64,000 nucleotides of DNA from Candidatus Melainabacteria bacterium 17Bon1m (GCA_032128875.1 JAVLKG010000010.1:128001-192000), one strand, 5' to 3'; shown: positions 1 through 10,595, counted from the first letter of the stretch. The notes: generated from the sequence alone by a model not told the origin. A program made the numbers and translations.

Positions 1-257
1 TATGGATACATCGAATAGCCGGCTTCGAATTCTTTGCGCCGGTCGATGAAGAGCTCTTGCCCTTTCAATTCTTCCTTGAGCTCGCCGAAATCAACATCTT
101 TGACGCGAGCATAATCTTCATCAGTAAGACCTACTGCCCAACCAGAGCAGCAACGACCACAACCCTGACAGTTGTATCGAATGTCCTCAGGAATGATGAG
201 AGGCAGTTCGTTCTCGCCGCCCTTATCGTCATTTTGAACTGTATTGCCGTATGTCAT
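1..257 (-). CDS. YkgJ-family (CxxCxxCC) cysteine-cluster protein, 3' end outside window
   Basis: Not in the ORF track. Manual translation from ATG at 257: MTYGNTVQNDDKGGENELPLIIPEDIRYNCQGCGRCCSGWAVGLTDEDYARV..., open to the window edge. CxxCxxCC motif is typical of the YkgJ/FliB family. Confidence 0.8.
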   Translation of the reverse strand, partial: MTYGNTVQNDDKGGENELPLIIPEDIRYNCQGCGRCCSGWAVGLTDEDYARVKDVDFGELKEELKGQELFIDRRKEFEAGYSMYP

Positions 258-264
258 GCCGCTC

Positions 265-1326
265 TCAAAACTCCGACTTTCCTGACTGAACCCATTCGCT
301 GAATGACGGCGGCTCACTGGTCGCCGATGCTTTCGAGGACCTGGACTCCTTACGCGTGAAGTAATCGGCCAGATGCCGATTGTAAGCCGCCATATCAGCT
401 TCTTCTGAGTCTACTTCGTCCTTCTCTGAATTGGTGGAAACCGCCATTGCTTCGCCATTCGTTCTTTTTGAAAGAACGCTCTGACCGCTCTTTGTCTCTA
501 CTTGATTGAGTTGCGCATCCGCGCGATTGCTTTGCGGCTCTGCTCGATTGAGGTGCGGCTCTGCTCGATTGTTCTGCAAATTACCAATCGGCGCAATTGC
601 TTTTATACGTTGAGGGGCAACAGATCGGCTCTGCTCCTCACCCTTTGTCTTGGGCGATTTGCCTTCCGCAAGCATTGGTGTGGTGACAGATTTTTTTTGT
701 GCAAAAAACAAAGCACAGATACTGCGAAGTTGCACAGCTTGAGCATGTTTTGAATAGCTAGGCAAAACCTTAATTAAGTCAGCCAGCGCAAACTGATAGT
801 TTTTATTCGCTGCAAAAACTTGAGCGCGCCTGAAAAACGCATCGCTAAAAAGCTCTGCTTCTCGTCCACTCAAAGAACCAAATCTCGACACATTCAAACG
901 ATCGGCAATCACAACCGCATCGTTTAGCTTATTTGCAGAAAGCGCATTTTCAAGATCTGCAGTTACTCCAAAGTAAAGCACGGAGCTAGATACAACCAGC
1001 ACCACCGCTAAACAAACACCAATAGAGACAAAGAGAAGTTTGCTGTTATCAGCAAGCACCGGAAGGAAAAACTCCGGCGACAGGCGCGACTGCTCTTCGA
1101 AGGCCGGTTGGACACCGCCACATTCCTGGCAAAACTTGTCGCCCAAAAATGTCTCGGACTCACAATGCGGACAATGCATTACGTGTTGGGCCGAACGAGC
1201 GACGGAAATCTCATCGCTGCAAATTGAGTCGCTGAGCATGATTGCTCGGATTTCCGAATCATCAACTTGGTTAGAAGTTGTACTCAGTCGTGGCAAATCG
1301 CCATCCCCACTTGACTTGCGCGACAC
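265..1326 (-). CDS. Hypothetical membrane protein with zinc ribbon, one TM helix and TPR-like helical segment
   Basis: 353 aa. CPHC...CQECG ribbon, hydrophobic stretch LLFVSIGVCLAVVLVVSSSVLYFG, and AFFRRAQVFAANKNYQFALADL (TPR-like). Confidence 0.65.
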   Translation of the reverse strand: MSRKSSGDGDLPRLSTTSNQVDDSEIRAIMLSDSICSDEISVARSAQHVMHCPHCESETFLGDKFCQECGGVQPAFEEQSRLSPEFFLPVLADNSKLLFVSIGVCLAVVLVVSSSVLYFGVTADLENALSANKLNDAVVIADRLNVSRFGSLSGREAELFSDAFFRRAQVFAANKNYQFALADLIKVLPSYSKHAQAVQLRSICALFFAQKKSVTTPMLAEGKSPKTKGEEQSRSVAPQRIKAIAPIGNLQNNRAEPHLNRAEPQSNRADAQLNQVETKSGQSVLSKRTNGEAMAVSTNSEKDEVDSEEADMAAYNRHLADYFTRKESRSSKASATSEPPSFSEWVQSGKSEF

Positions 1327-1508
1327 CCTTTATTGGCGGTCAGTTCAAGTTTAGCACCATCCAATCATTCGATGGTTATGCCGCAAGACCACTATCGGTG
1401 AGGGTTTTCGCGATGCAAAGATACACGTTATATACAATTCCACCACACGGAAGGTATCCAGTAGATGGGTGATAATATTATGGTCGTCGGCTTCAGAGGC
1501 GGTTTAGC

Positions 1509-1898
1509 GTGAGTCAAGAGTTGATCAAAGCGGAGCGTGCGGCGCTCATACAGTCAGTCAAAGCGCTGTATATACCGCTTTCTCTATTCATCGCCTGTGT
1601 CATATCGGCAGGCGGCATGTACATGGTCTTCTATACAGAAGATAAGACCCCGGGTTACGCCTTTCTCGCCGTAGCTTTCACAATCATCATCAGCGCATTT
1701 ATCGCGCTCATTCGCTTTCAAAACAACTACCGCGCCAAAGGTGTGATCGGACGAGCGGAAGCATCCGGTCAGAACGAAGTACAGGCTGAAGCTCAGGACG
1801 AATTTCAGGACGCGGCGCAGGGTGAAACGTCGATTCCTCGCTCAGAAGAGCCAACAGGCTCGGCCGGGACAGAAAGAACCCCAACCGCTGCCCGATAA
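1509..1898 (+). CDS. Hypothetical membrane protein (2 TM)
   Basis: 129 aa with two hydrophobic helices and an acidic tail. GAGG upstream of the GTG start. Confidence 0.7.
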   Translation: MSQELIKAERAALIQSVKALYIPLSLFIACVISAGGMYMVFYTEDKTPGYAFLAVAFTIIISAFIALIRFQNNYRAKGVIGRAEASGQNEVQAEAQDEFQDAAQGETSIPRSEEPTGSAGTERTPTAAR

Positions 1899-2251
1899 GC
1901 AGTTTTCGCCGCTGGGCCAAACTTCAAAAGCCAAGCCAGTCAAAGTTTTTACATTTGAAAACTTCTTGCCGGAAAGCGTTATTTTCAGCAACGACCTGAT
2001 CACGCAAAATCCCGCAAATCCAGTACCCCCAAGGGATTTGGGATTTCCAGGCTCAAAAATTATGTGATTCACTGTACATTTGTATAAGGAATCACTACTG
2101 TTGACTACCAAATTTTGGAATAGACTGAAATTGTCCCCTGAGATTTAGCGTGTCGATTCGCTAAAATGCGAATAAGGCCTCGGGCTTGCTGATTTCCAGT
2201 AATGGACAATTTACCAAAAGTAGTCGACACCTTATTGAGGTAGTAAAAAAA

Positions 2252-2383
2252 ATGGATCTCTCCTTATTTCAAAATCCTTGGGTTCTTGTTCCTGTTTTGA
2301 TCATGCCGGTAGTGATTATCGCGTTGGCAAAATCATGGAAGAACATCAAAGACAAATCAGCGAGCAAAGAAGCTCAAAGCTGA
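2252..2383 (+). CDS. Small single-TM protein (43 aa)
   Basis: MDLSLFQNPWVLVPVLIMPVVIIALAKSWKNIKDKSASKEAQS. GAGGT RBS upstream of ATG 2252. Confidence 0.55.
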   Translation: MDLSLFQNPWVLVPVLIMPVVIIALAKSWKNIKDKSASKEAQS

Positions 2384-2611
2384 GTCTTCGACTGGAATAG
2401 TTTTTTCCACCCGGCGATTGATCTGCGTGGGCATCAGAGAATTCGTTTTCCTCTGAATGGACGGCAGTGTCGAAACACGTCCGCATTTAAATAAAACACT
2501 GATTGTAGGCTGGGGTACGAGCACCTCTCTTACGTATTTCTGCTCGGCACGGCAGCGGTGGGGCACCAGCAATGGTGCCCTTCCGTCATTGGATTTTTTC
2601 AGCACGAATGC

Positions 2612-2641
2612 AAAAAAGACGGTGCCGAGGCACCGCCCTTT
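2612..2641 (-). terminator. Intrinsic terminator after rpsI
   Basis: Minus strand GGGCGGTGC-CTCG-GCACCGTCT hairpin followed by a T run, about 30 nt after the rpsI stop. Confidence 0.75.
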
Positions 2642-2672
2642 GAAATTCTGCAGTCGCAATTGGGGATTCGAA

Positions 2673-3071
2673 TTAACGCTTCGAGAATTGGAAGCGTTTG
2701 CGAGCTTTTTTGCGTCCATATTTCTTACGCTCTTTGACGCGGGGGTCGCGGGTGAGCAGACCTTCGACACGCAGAGCGGGACGGTTTTGCGGAGCGGCTT
2801 CAGCCAAGGCTCTTGCGATACCGTGACGGATAGCGCCAACTTGTCCGACAATGCCGCCGCCTCTGACGGTGACGATCATGTCGAAACGACCGGCAGCATC
2901 AGCTGCGGCGATCGGCGATTCAAAATTCTTCTTCAGACCAGGACGGCCACCAACATAGTCGTCCAAAGTGCGACCGTTGATCGCGACCTGACCTGTACCG
3001 GGAATAAGACGGACTCTTGCCGAAGCTGACTTTCTTCTGCCTGTGCCGTAATACTGAATAACGCTTGTCAT
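2673..3071 (-). CDS. rpsI: 30S ribosomal protein S9
   Basis: YYGTGRRKSASARVRL...RDPRVKERKKYGRKKARKRFQFSKR. Confidence 0.99.
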   Translation of the reverse strand: MTSVIQYYGTGRRKSASARVRLIPGTGQVAINGRTLDDYVGGRPGLKKNFESPIAAADAAGRFDMIVTVRGGGIVGQVGAIRHGIARALAEAAPQNRPALRVEGLLTRDPRVKERKKYGRKKARKRFQFSKR

Positions 3072-3148
3072 CTGTTTTTATCCTAACCGCTTAGTCTTTG
3101 GTGCCAAATTTGGGTTTCTTGGTTGGTTGCAACCTGGTCTCTTTTAAG

Positions 3149-3577
3149 TTACCAGGTCAATGCTTCCGGTTGCTGTGCTGCATGCGGATGCTCAGTACCG
3201 GCGTAAACTTTCAGCTTGGTGAATTGTCTGGCGCCGAGTCTGGTGTGGGGGAGCATTCCCTTAACTGCACGCTCGACGATTGCCGTCGGGCGACGCTCTC
3301 TCAAGGACTTCAAGGTTTCTTGCTTGAATCCGTGAGGGAAGCCGGAATGCCTCGAATAAACTTTTTGGGTTTCTTTCTTGCCGGTGACTCTGATCTTCTC
3401 GGCATTGATGATGATGACGAAATCACCCGTGTCAACGTTGGGAGTGAACTGAGGCTTATTCTTGCCTCTCAAGATGTCGGCGACTCTGGTGGCGAGACGG
3501 CCCAAGGTTTTACCTTCGGCATCTACTACGAACCATTTATCCGTTATGTCGCCGTCTTTGGCGAGATATGTCTTCAC
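3149..3577 (-). CDS. rplM: 50S ribosomal protein L13
   Basis: [15 protein letters not shown]...[13 protein letters not shown]...[17 protein letters not shown]. Start moved to GTG 3577 (GGAG RBS), giving 142 aa. Confidence 0.97.
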   Translation of the reverse strand: MKTYLAKDGDITDKWFVVDAEGKTLGRLATRVADILRGKNKPQFTPNVDTGDFVIIINAEKIRVTGKKETQKVYSRHSGFPHGFKQETLKSLRERRPTAIVERAVKGMLPHTRLGARQFTKLKVYAGTEHPHAAQQPEALTW

Positions 3578-3620
3578 GAGCGGCTTCTCCAATTCTCTCT
3601 TCTGGGCTTCTCGATGCTGC

Positions 3621-4427
3621 CTACTTCGGCAGCCGGGGTTCCGAAAGGAACTCTTCAGTACTTTTTTCAAAGAGCCTGAGGCTCTCGGGGTATCTGACCA
3701 TTTGCAGGGTCAACCCTTGCGCCGGCGCGGTCGCACCGGACAGATTACGATCCCGTCCAGACAGAGCCTCGCTGAGGCTCTCTGGCGCCCGCTTGCCGAG
3801 CCCGATTTCCACTAGGGTCCCGACGATTATGCGCACCATATTGTACACGAAGTGATTGGCGCCAATCCAGAATTCAAGCTGCCCTTCACCTAATCTCAAC
3901 AATTGAACACGCTGAACCGAGCACAGGGGTGACGTCTCGTCTCCATTCGAAGCACGGAAGGAAGTAAAGTCATGTGTGCCCAAAAGGCACTGGGCGGCGC
4001 TTATCATCGCTTCTGCATCCAGAGGCGACCTGACAAGATAATGATTTGCCGCCAAAATAGGCGACCTTTGCTGGCGGTTAAGAATTCTGTAAACATAGAT
4101 ACGTTCTGTTGCACTGAAACGTGCATGAAAATCCGGCGGCACGATCTGCCCTTCGTAAGCGGATAAATCGCTCGGCAATATGCCGTTTAGTGCCCAGAGA
4201 AATTTGTAAAAGTCGCCATCAAATTCGTCGAGTTCAAAATGGACAACTTGTCCTTTTGCATGAACTCCAGTATCAGTGCGGCCCGAGAAGATCACCTTCA
4301 TGGGTCGACGGCACAAAACAGTAAGACCCTTCTCGAGCTCTTCCTGAACGGTGCGTACACCAATCTGGAATTGTGAGCCGTGGAAGAGTCTTCCTGAATA
4401 CTCGATTAAGAGCGCTATGCGAGGCAA
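3621..4427 (-). CDS. truA: tRNA pseudouridine(38-40) synthase
   Basis: [47 protein letters not shown] motifs. Confidence 0.97.
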   Translation of the reverse strand: MPRIALLIEYSGRLFHGSQFQIGVRTVQEELEKGLTVLCRRPMKVIFSGRTDTGVHAKGQVVHFELDEFDGDFYKFLWALNGILPSDLSAYEGQIVPPDFHARFSATERIYVYRILNRQQRSPILAANHYLVRSPLDAEAMISAAQCLLGTHDFTSFRASNGDETSPLCSVQRVQLLRLGEGQLEFWIGANHFVYNMVRIIVGTLVEIGLGKRAPESLSEALSGRDRNLSGATAPAQGLTLQMVRYPESLRLFEKSTEEFLSEPRLPK

Positions 4428-4436
4428 TTAGCTAGA

Positions 4437-4862
4437 TTAGACCAGCTGGATGATCGCCATCGGAGTTGCGTCTCCGCGACGGATGCCCGCTTTGAGGATG
4501 CGTGTATAACCGCCCGGACGCTTCGCGTAGCGAGGTGCGACTTCATCGAAGACGCGCTTCACGACTTCACCATCGTAGATGAAGGAAGCGACTTGACGAC
4601 GCAGGTGAACTGCATGCGCAAGCTCTTTTGCTGCTTGTGCATCGCCTTTCTGTGCCTTTTCAGACAACGCTTTGTGATCGGCGATGAATCCTTTTTTGCC
4701 TTTGGTGATCAAGCGTTCCACTTCCGGACGCACTGCTTTAGCTTTGGCGAGAGTTGTGATGATCTCGTCGTGGCGCAGAAGTTCGGTCGCCAGAGAACGC
4801 AATACAGCCTTTCTTTGATCGGCTGGGCGGCCTAAACGATTTCCAGGTTTGCGGTGACGCAT
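4437..4862 (-). CDS. rplQ: 50S ribosomal protein L17
   Basis: MRHRKPGNRLGR...ITTLAKAK...RPGGYTRILK..RRGDATPMAIIQLV. Confidence 0.98.
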   Translation of the reverse strand: MRHRKPGNRLGRPADQRKAVLRSLATELLRHDEIITTLAKAKAVRPEVERLITKGKKGFIADHKALSEKAQKGDAQAAKELAHAVHLRRQVASFIYDGEVVKRVFDEVAPRYAKRPGGYTRILKAGIRRGDATPMAIIQLV

Positions 4863-4959
4863 AATTCCAAGTCCTTTTTATGTTTTTCCTGATTCTCTAT
4901 CCCAAATAGACTTGCTTAACTGAATGCTCAACAAGTTGTCTTCGGGTCCCGCTGACTAT

Positions 4960-5919
4960 CTATTTGTCTTTGGGAGTGTCGGCAAGAGTGAGTCCGAATT
5001 GACGCAGACGCTCGATGACTTCATCAGCAGACTTCTTACCGAAGTTCTTGATGTTCATCAGATCGTCGTAGGTCAGCTTCAGGAGCTCGCCGAGCGAGTT
5101 GATGTTAGCCCGCTTGAGGCAGTTGTAAGCGCGAACGGACAACTCGAGCTCTTCGATAGAGATGGAGCTGTGCTTTCCGTCTTGCTGAGTTGGTTGTGTC
5201 GCTGCCGGAACCATGGGCTTGCCCGAGAGTTCTGCAATCGGCACGAGGTGTTCGATGATTTGACGCGAAGCTTGTGAAATTGCTTCGGTTGCGTCGATAG
5301 AACCGTTGGACCAAATTTCCATGGTCAGCTTGTCGAAATCAGTCGACTCGCCTACGCGGGTTGGTTCAACCAAATAGCTTACTTTTCTTACCGGCATAAA
5401 TACTGCGTCGATCGGCAGTACGTCGATAGCTTGTTTGTAATGGCTGTGCGAATCGGCAGGTACATAACCGCGACCGCGCTCAACAGTGATTTCGGCACGG
5501 ATTCTGCCGCCTTCAGCCAATGTGCAGAGCTGCCAATCCGGATTGATGATCGTTGCATCAGCCGGGCAGATGATATCGCGGCCGGTGACTGCGCCGGTGC
5601 GCTCTACATCGAGGTGGAGGTATTGAGGATCGTTGCTGAAGGTCTTAACGACGAGACCTTTGAGGTTGAGCATTACATCGATTACATCTTCAACAACACC
5701 AGGAATAGTGGTGAATTCGTGGGTAATGCCTTCAATTCTTACAGCGCTAACTGCCGAGCCGTCCAGTGACGAAAGCAAAACGCGGCGAAGCGAGTTGCCG
5801 AGGGTAGTTCCGTATCCTCTTTCCAGAGGCTCGATTACGAATTTGCCGTAGATAGATCCATCAGCGCCCGTTTTGTTTTCGAGACACTTGATCTTCAGCG
5901 GTTCCATCAATTTTTCCAT
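4960..5919 (-). CDS. rpoA: RNA polymerase subunit alpha
   Basis: EPLERGYGTTLGNSLRRVLLSS; CTD IEELELSVRAYNCLKRANI...KNFGKKS. Confidence 0.99.
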   Translation of the reverse strand: MEKLMEPLKIKCLENKTGADGSIYGKFVIEPLERGYGTTLGNSLRRVLLSSLDGSAVSAVRIEGITHEFTTIPGVVEDVIDVMLNLKGLVVKTFSNDPQYLHLDVERTGAVTGRDIICPADATIINPDWQLCTLAEGGRIRAEITVERGRGYVPADSHSHYKQAIDVLPIDAVFMPVRKVSYLVEPTRVGESTDFDKLTMEIWSNGSIDATEAISQASRQIIEHLVPIAELSGKPMVPAATQPTQQDGKHSSISIEELELSVRAYNCLKRANINSLGELLKLTYDDLMNIKNFGKKSADEVIERLRQFGLTLADTPKDK

Positions 5920-6036
5920 TATTTTCTTCCTTGAGCAGCGTTGACTCTTTCTTGGGCGTTTTGTCCCTCACACGCTGATGTTTACACGCTTTATAAACAC
6001 CGGGTATTGGGCACCCAAACTTTTGAATTCTGTCTA

Positions 6037-6429
6037 TTAGACGCGACGGCGCTTAGGTGGTCTGCAGCCATTGTGCGGAATAGGAGTTACGTCTTTGATC
6101 AAAGTGATTTCCAAACCGGATGCTTGCAGAGCGCGGATTGCGGTTTCACGACCGGCTCCCGGTCCTTTTACCAACACTTCGACTTGACGCATGCCCTGGT
6201 CCATGGAGCGCTTCGCAACCGATTCAGCAGCTTGCTGAGCGGCGAACGGAGTGCCTTTCTTGGCGCCTTTAAAACCGACGGTACCGGCGGATGCCCAGGC
6301 GATAACCTGGCCTTGCGGGTCGGTAGAGCAGATGATCGTGTTGTTGAAAGTGCTCTGGATGTGGACAACACCCTGCAACACATAGCGTCTCTCTTTTTTC
6401 TTTGTCCTTGCTTTGGGCGACTTTGCCAT
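6037..6429 (-). CDS. rpsK: 30S ribosomal protein S11
   Basis: [11 protein letters not shown]...[14 protein letters not shown]...[18 protein letters not shown]. Confidence 0.99.
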   Translation of the reverse strand: MAKSPKARTKKKERRYVLQGVVHIQSTFNNTIICSTDPQGQVIAWASAGTVGFKGAKKGTPFAAQQAAESVAKRSMDQGMRQVEVLVKGPGAGRETAIRALQASGLEITLIKDVTPIPHNGCRPPKRRRV

Positions 6430-6518
6430 GGTTTCTCTCTCTTAGTTTCGATATCTAGTTAGTTCGAGTGGGGATGCGACAGGCTCTTATCGAATGGCGA
6501 CAAGGTCCTTGTCAGCGA

Positions 6519-6902
6519 TTACTTGGCTGCGACTTTCTTGCCGGCAACCGTTACGCGCTTGCGACCACGACGGGTACGAGCGTTGGTCTTGGTACGCTGA
6601 CCACGGGTCGGCAAACCTCTTCTGTGGCGCTGTCCGCGGTAGCAGTTGATTTCAATCAAACGCTTGACGTTGAGACCTTCCATACGTCTCAAATCGCCTT
6701 CTACCTGGAGACCGCCCTTCTCAATTTCTTCACGCAGGCGGCTGACTTCATCTTCGGTCAGGTCATTAACACGGCGATCTTCTGTGATGCCGACCTTTTG
6801 ACAGACCTTCTGCGCTGTCGTGTGACCGACACCATAGATGTAAGTAAGTGCGATGTGTGTTCTCTTGCCTTTCGGCAGATCTATACCGGCGATGCGGGCC
6901 AT
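6519..6902 (-). CDS. rpsM: 30S ribosomal protein S13
   Basis: [10 protein letters not shown]...ALTYIYGVG...[14 protein letters not shown]. Confidence 0.99.
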   Translation of the reverse strand: MARIAGIDLPKGKRTHIALTYIYGVGHTTAQKVCQKVGITEDRRVNDLTEDEVSRLREEIEKGGLQVEGDLRRMEGLNVKRLIEINCYRGQRHRRGLPTRGQRTKTNARTRRGRKRVTVAGKKVAAK

Positions 6903-6939
6903 TTGTCCTCCAGAATCAAAATCTCGTCAGTACCTGGGC

Positions 6940-7053
6940 TTAACCCTGGCGTTGTTTGTGTTTGGGATTTTCGCAAATGACTGCCACTCGGCCTTTACGG
7001 CGAATGACCTTGCACTTGTCGCAGATTTTCTTGACAGAAGCTCTAACTTTCAT
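6940..7053 (-). CDS. rpmJ: 50S ribosomal protein L36 (Zn-binding type)
   Basis: Not in the ORF track (37 aa). Manual translation [37 protein letters not shown]. Confidence 0.98.
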   Translation of the reverse strand: MKVRASVKKICDKCKVIRRKGRVAVICENPKHKQRQG

Positions 7054-7223
7054 GAGAGTCTCGCTTTACGTTCTTATAGTGATAACCGGACCAGAGTCCT
7101 AACTAGTCACTGTACGGGGCATTTGCTCACGCACAGATTCCAGTTTCCGAGCAGACGGCTGCAAAACCCAAAGCAGGTTGAGTCAAACCGCTGGAGCTAC
7201 GGATACAAACGTCAGATTATATA

Positions 7224-7445
7224 TCAATCTTTGATTCTGTACGTGATTCTTCCGCGCGTTAAGTCGTACGGGGTGAGCTCTACGCGCACTCGATCGCCTG
7301 GAAGTATCTTAATAAAATTTTTGCGAATCTTGCCCGAGATATGGGCCAAGACCTTGTGACCGTTATCCAATTCAACCCGAAACATGGCATTGGGAAGGGA
7401 TTCCCGGATTATGCCTTCGAATTCAATTACACCTTGCTTCGTCAT
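7224..7445 (-). CDS. infA: Translation initiation factor IF-1
   Basis: [39 protein letters not shown]...RGRITYR. ATG overlaps the map stop (TGATG). Confidence 0.98.
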   Translation of the reverse strand: MTKQGVIEFEGIIRESLPNAMFRVELDNGHKVLAHISGKIRKNFIKILPGDRVRVELTPYDLTRGRITYRIKD

Positions 7446-8224
7446 CAAATTACCTCGCTGGGACGTTGAGTGAGCACAATTGGCTCGCCTTCTGTCACCA
7501 GGATCGAATGTTCAAAATGCGCAGATGGCTTGTAATCTTGCGTAACAACTGTCCAACCATCTTGCTTGAGCCGAACGCGGTCGCCGCCCTGATTGAACAT
7601 AGGTTCAATCGCTATAACCATACCAGGTTTCAAACGCACCTTGCTACCGGTACGATAGTTGAAGATGAGCGGGTCTTCATGATAGTTAGGACCGATGCCG
7701 TGGCCGCCATAATCGCGAACGATTCCGTAAAGATTCTCCTTCGCAATGTCTTCAATGGCTCCACCGATATCATCGAGAGTAGCTCCGGCACGACAAACTT
7801 TGATGCCTGCATAAAGCGACTTTTGCGTGTCGTCAAGAAGTTTTTGCAAACGAGGATTGATCTCGCCGACTGCCACTGTCAAAGCTGTATCGCCGATATA
7901 GTCCATCTTTTTGCCGTTCTCGACTCTAAATGTAGCGCCGAGATCGATACTGATGACATCACCGTCTTTCAATACGCGATTGCGATTCGGAATTCCGTGC
8001 ACAACCTCTTCATTGATCGACACACAAATTGTTGCGGGAAATTTGCGATAGCCCTTGAAAGTTGGAATGCATCCGGCATCGCGGATCATCTTTTCGGCAA
8101 ACTCATCGAGCTCACCTGTCGAGATGCCTACCTTCACTAGTTTTGACGTCGCCTCAAGAACTTCACCAGCCAGCTTGCCGGCTTTTTTGAAATTCTCGAT
8201 TTCTACATCTGTCGTCACGATCAT
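7445..8224 (-). CDS. map: Methionine aminopeptidase type I
   Basis: [24 protein letters not shown]...[17 protein letters not shown]. Probable start is ATG 8224 (GGAG upstream); the track start 8275 lies within a palindrome. Confidence 0.96.
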   Translation of the reverse strand: MIVTTDVEIENFKKAGKLAGEVLEATSKLVKVGISTGELDEFAEKMIRDAGCIPTFKGYRKFPATICVSINEEVVHGIPNRNRVLKDGDVISIDLGATFRVENGKKMDYIGDTALTVAVGEINPRLQKLLDDTQKSLYAGIKVCRAGATLDDIGGAIEDIAKENLYGIVRDYGGHGIGPNYHEDPLIFNYRTGSKVRLKPGMVIAIEPMFNQGGDRVRLKQDGWTVVTQDYKPSAHFEHSILVTEGEPIVLTQRPSEVI

Positions 8225-8261
8225 TGCGGCGGAACTCCGATATTTCCTAGCTTGCTTCTGC

Positions 8262-8318
8262 AGGGGCGACGTCATGCGTTGCCCATAATGTGAGGGCGAC
8301 GCATCGCATCGCCCCTAC
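8262..8318. repeat. Pair of REP-like palindromes between adk and map
   Basis: AGGGGCGACGTCATGCGTTGCCC and AGGGCGACGCATCGCATCGCCCCTAC; the CTAC end reads GTAG on the minus strand. Confidence 0.6.
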
Positions 8319-8322
8319 AAGT

Positions 8323-8979
8323 TTACGCAGTAACCTTCAGCGATTGCAAAATGTTGTTGAAAATCACGTCTTGATCGCCTTCACCCTGGATGGTGACCAG
8401 GATTTTCTTTTGCGTGTAATAGTCGATGAGCGGCTCAGTTTGCTCGCGATAAGTATTCAATCGCGCCTTCACCAGCTCTTCTTTATCGTCGGCACGCTGG
8501 CTCAAGTCAGAACCGCAAACGTCACATTTGCCTTCTGCTTTGGGCGGTGCAAATTTGACGTGATAGACGGCCGCACAGGCTTTATTGCTGCAGGTCCAGC
8601 GTCCGCAGATGCGCTCGGTGAGAAGGCTATCATCAACTTCAAGATTGATAACAGTACTGAGATTGCTATTCAAAGAAGTAAGCAATTCATCGAGGCTCTT
8701 TGCTTGTGCCAAATTGCGCGGGAAACCATCGAGGATGTATCCGCCTTTGCAATCGGGCGAGCTGAGCTTTTCGCCAAACATTTTTATCAATACTTCGTCC
8801 GGCACAAGAACGCCTTTATCCATGAACTCTTTGGCAGAAACGCCGGCAGGAGTACCGGCCTTCACGGCTTCTCTCAAAAGATCGCCGGAAGACAAATGGG
8901 GCAAACTGAGTTTTGCCGCAAGGCGCTTGCATTGGGTACCTTTACCCGCTCCAGGAGCGCCGAGAAAAAGAATACGCAT
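8323..8979 (-). CDS. adk: Adenylate kinase (Zn-binding LID)
   Basis: GAPGAGKGTQ, HLSSGDLLR, LDGFPRN; LID with C-x4-C...CDVC. Confidence 0.98.
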   Translation of the reverse strand: MRILFLGAPGAGKGTQCKRLAAKLSLPHLSSGDLLREAVKAGTPAGVSAKEFMDKGVLVPDEVLIKMFGEKLSSPDCKGGYILDGFPRNLAQAKSLDELLTSLNSNLSTVINLEVDDSLLTERICGRWTCSNKACAAVYHVKFAPPKAEGKCDVCGSDLSQRADDKEELVKARLNTYREQTEPLIDYYTQKKILVTIQGEGDQDVIFNNILQSLKVTA

Positions 8980-8981
8980 GA

Positions 8982-10421
8982 CTAAATTTCCTTATTGCCT
9001 GATGGGAATAGTCCCTGCGCTTGATAGCGCGCAGAGAGGGCATGGGTTTTGATCTGCCTTTGCGTGTCGATTGCTACGCCGACAAGAATGATGAGGGATG
9101 TCGAGCCCAAACCTTGCAAAGTTTGTACGTAAGTCGCTTGCTCCACGTGAATCGGCAAAATAGCGATGATACCGACGGCGGAGGCCCCGATAAAAATGAG
9201 ACGGCTCAAAGTTTTCTCCAGAAATTCCGATGTCGGTCTGCCTGGGCGCACTCCGTGAATGGCGCGGCCACTGCGTCTCAAGTTTTCAGCAATATCTTTT
9301 ACTGGAATGACAATCGACGCATAGAAGAAAGCAAAGAAAAGGATGAGCGCGAAATAGAGAACCGAATGCTCCCAATGGTAGTAGGAAAAGCAGTTAGTGG
9401 CTTCTATAGAAATCCAGCTCCAGGCGTTTTGCACCCAGGCTTGTTTTGAAAAATCTACGAATCCAGGAATCGGTGTCAACAATTCATAGATAGCTTGGAA
9501 AGGGTTCTTTCCGCTCTGGGCGGCAAAGGACATAACTGTCGATGGGAACATCAAAAGCGATGAAGCGAAGATGATAGCCATCACACCTGAGGGATTGACG
9601 GGCAGATAAATCGAATCTTCCGGTGCGTTGAAGACCTGGCGGCCTACGTTTCGGCGCGCACCAAGCACTTGAACTTTTCGCACTCCCTGTTGCAAGCAGA
9701 CAATGAGCGCGATCAGTCCTAAGAAAACAGCACACAAAACAATTACGCCCCAAACCGGTGATTGTCCGGTCTGAACGGCTTCATACGTGTTTTTGATCAT
9801 GACGGGCAAACGCGAGGCGATACCCAAGAAGATCAAAAGCGAGGCACCATTTCCGACACCACGCTCGGTAATGATTTCGCCCATCCACATAACAAAGACT
9901 GCGCATGCAGAAAGAATGATGGTTGTAGAAACCATGAAAAGCGGGCCGGGTGTGATGACGACTGGTGGGTTTTGAATTTTGGTCAAAAGATTAGCCAGCA
10001 TCAATGATTGAAAAACGGCTAACCCAACGCAAGCAATGCGCGTGTATTGCTGCAATTGGCGGCGACCTTGTTCACCCGAATGCTTTTGCAGTTCTTCCAG
10101 TTTTGGAACAACCACCGACATCAATTGCATGATGATGGATGCTGTGATGTATGGTCCGATCCCCATTGAGAAGATAGACAATTTGTTCAAGGCGCCGCCG
10201 GTGAACAAGTCGATCATGCCGAGCAAGTTTTGCGCCAACTCAGGGTGCTTGGTGAAAGCAGACGGATCTACACCCGGGATAGGAATATGTACGCCGATAC
10301 GATAAATGGCGATGACTATGAGAGTGAAAAAGATTCGCTCTTTAAGGCCTGCTGCCGAGAGCATTTTGAGCAGATCTTCCGGACCGCCTATTTTGGTGCC
10401 GCGTCTGGATTGTGAATCCAT
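8982..10421 (-). CDS. secY: Preprotein translocase subunit SecY
   Basis: YRIGVHIPIPG, GIGPYITASIIMQL, GVGNGASLLIF, GVRPGRPT, STSLIILVGVAIDT. Confidence 0.99.
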   Translation of the reverse strand: MDSQSRRGTKIGGPEDLLKMLSAAGLKERIFFTLIVIAIYRIGVHIPIPGVDPSAFTKHPELAQNLLGMIDLFTGGALNKLSIFSMGIGPYITASIIMQLMSVVVPKLEELQKHSGEQGRRQLQQYTRIACVGLAVFQSLMLANLLTKIQNPPVVITPGPLFMVSTTIILSACAVFVMWMGEIITERGVGNGASLLIFLGIASRLPVMIKNTYEAVQTGQSPVWGVIVLCAVFLGLIALIVCLQQGVRKVQVLGARRNVGRQVFNAPEDSIYLPVNPSGVMAIIFASSLLMFPSTVMSFAAQSGKNPFQAIYELLTPIPGFVDFSKQAWVQNAWSWISIEATNCFSYYHWEHSVLYFALILFFAFFYASIVIPVKDIAENLRRSGRAIHGVRPGRPTSEFLEKTLSRLIFIGASAVGIIAILPIHVEQATYVQTLQGLGSTSLIILVGVAIDTQRQIKTHALSARYQAQGLFPSGNKEI

Positions 10422-10595
10422 TTAGTTTCTGTCCTCTCTTTTAGTCGATCTATTTGCTGCGTCTTTTATGGCGCCGTTTTGGAATTGACTTCCTAAGCGG
10501 ATACTATCGCAACAATCCCAAAGAATAACCGGCCTTTAGCAAAATTTCCGCCCCGGCCGGTTCATCTCATTTCTTCATTCGTGCAGGCAATTGAC

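Noticed and set aside
2007-2078. Imperfect inverted repeat and TGTGA half-site (CRP-like)
   Set aside because: The second half-site is poor; cannot be distinguished from chance.
2384-2610. Possible small RNA (hairpins near 2456-2487 and 2561-2580)
   Set aside because: Two hairpins only, with no promoter or family match; insufficient evidence.
3578-3670. 31-aa N-terminal extension of L13 in the ORF track
   Set aside because: It overlaps the truA end; GTG 3577 with a GGAG RBS gives a normal-length L13.
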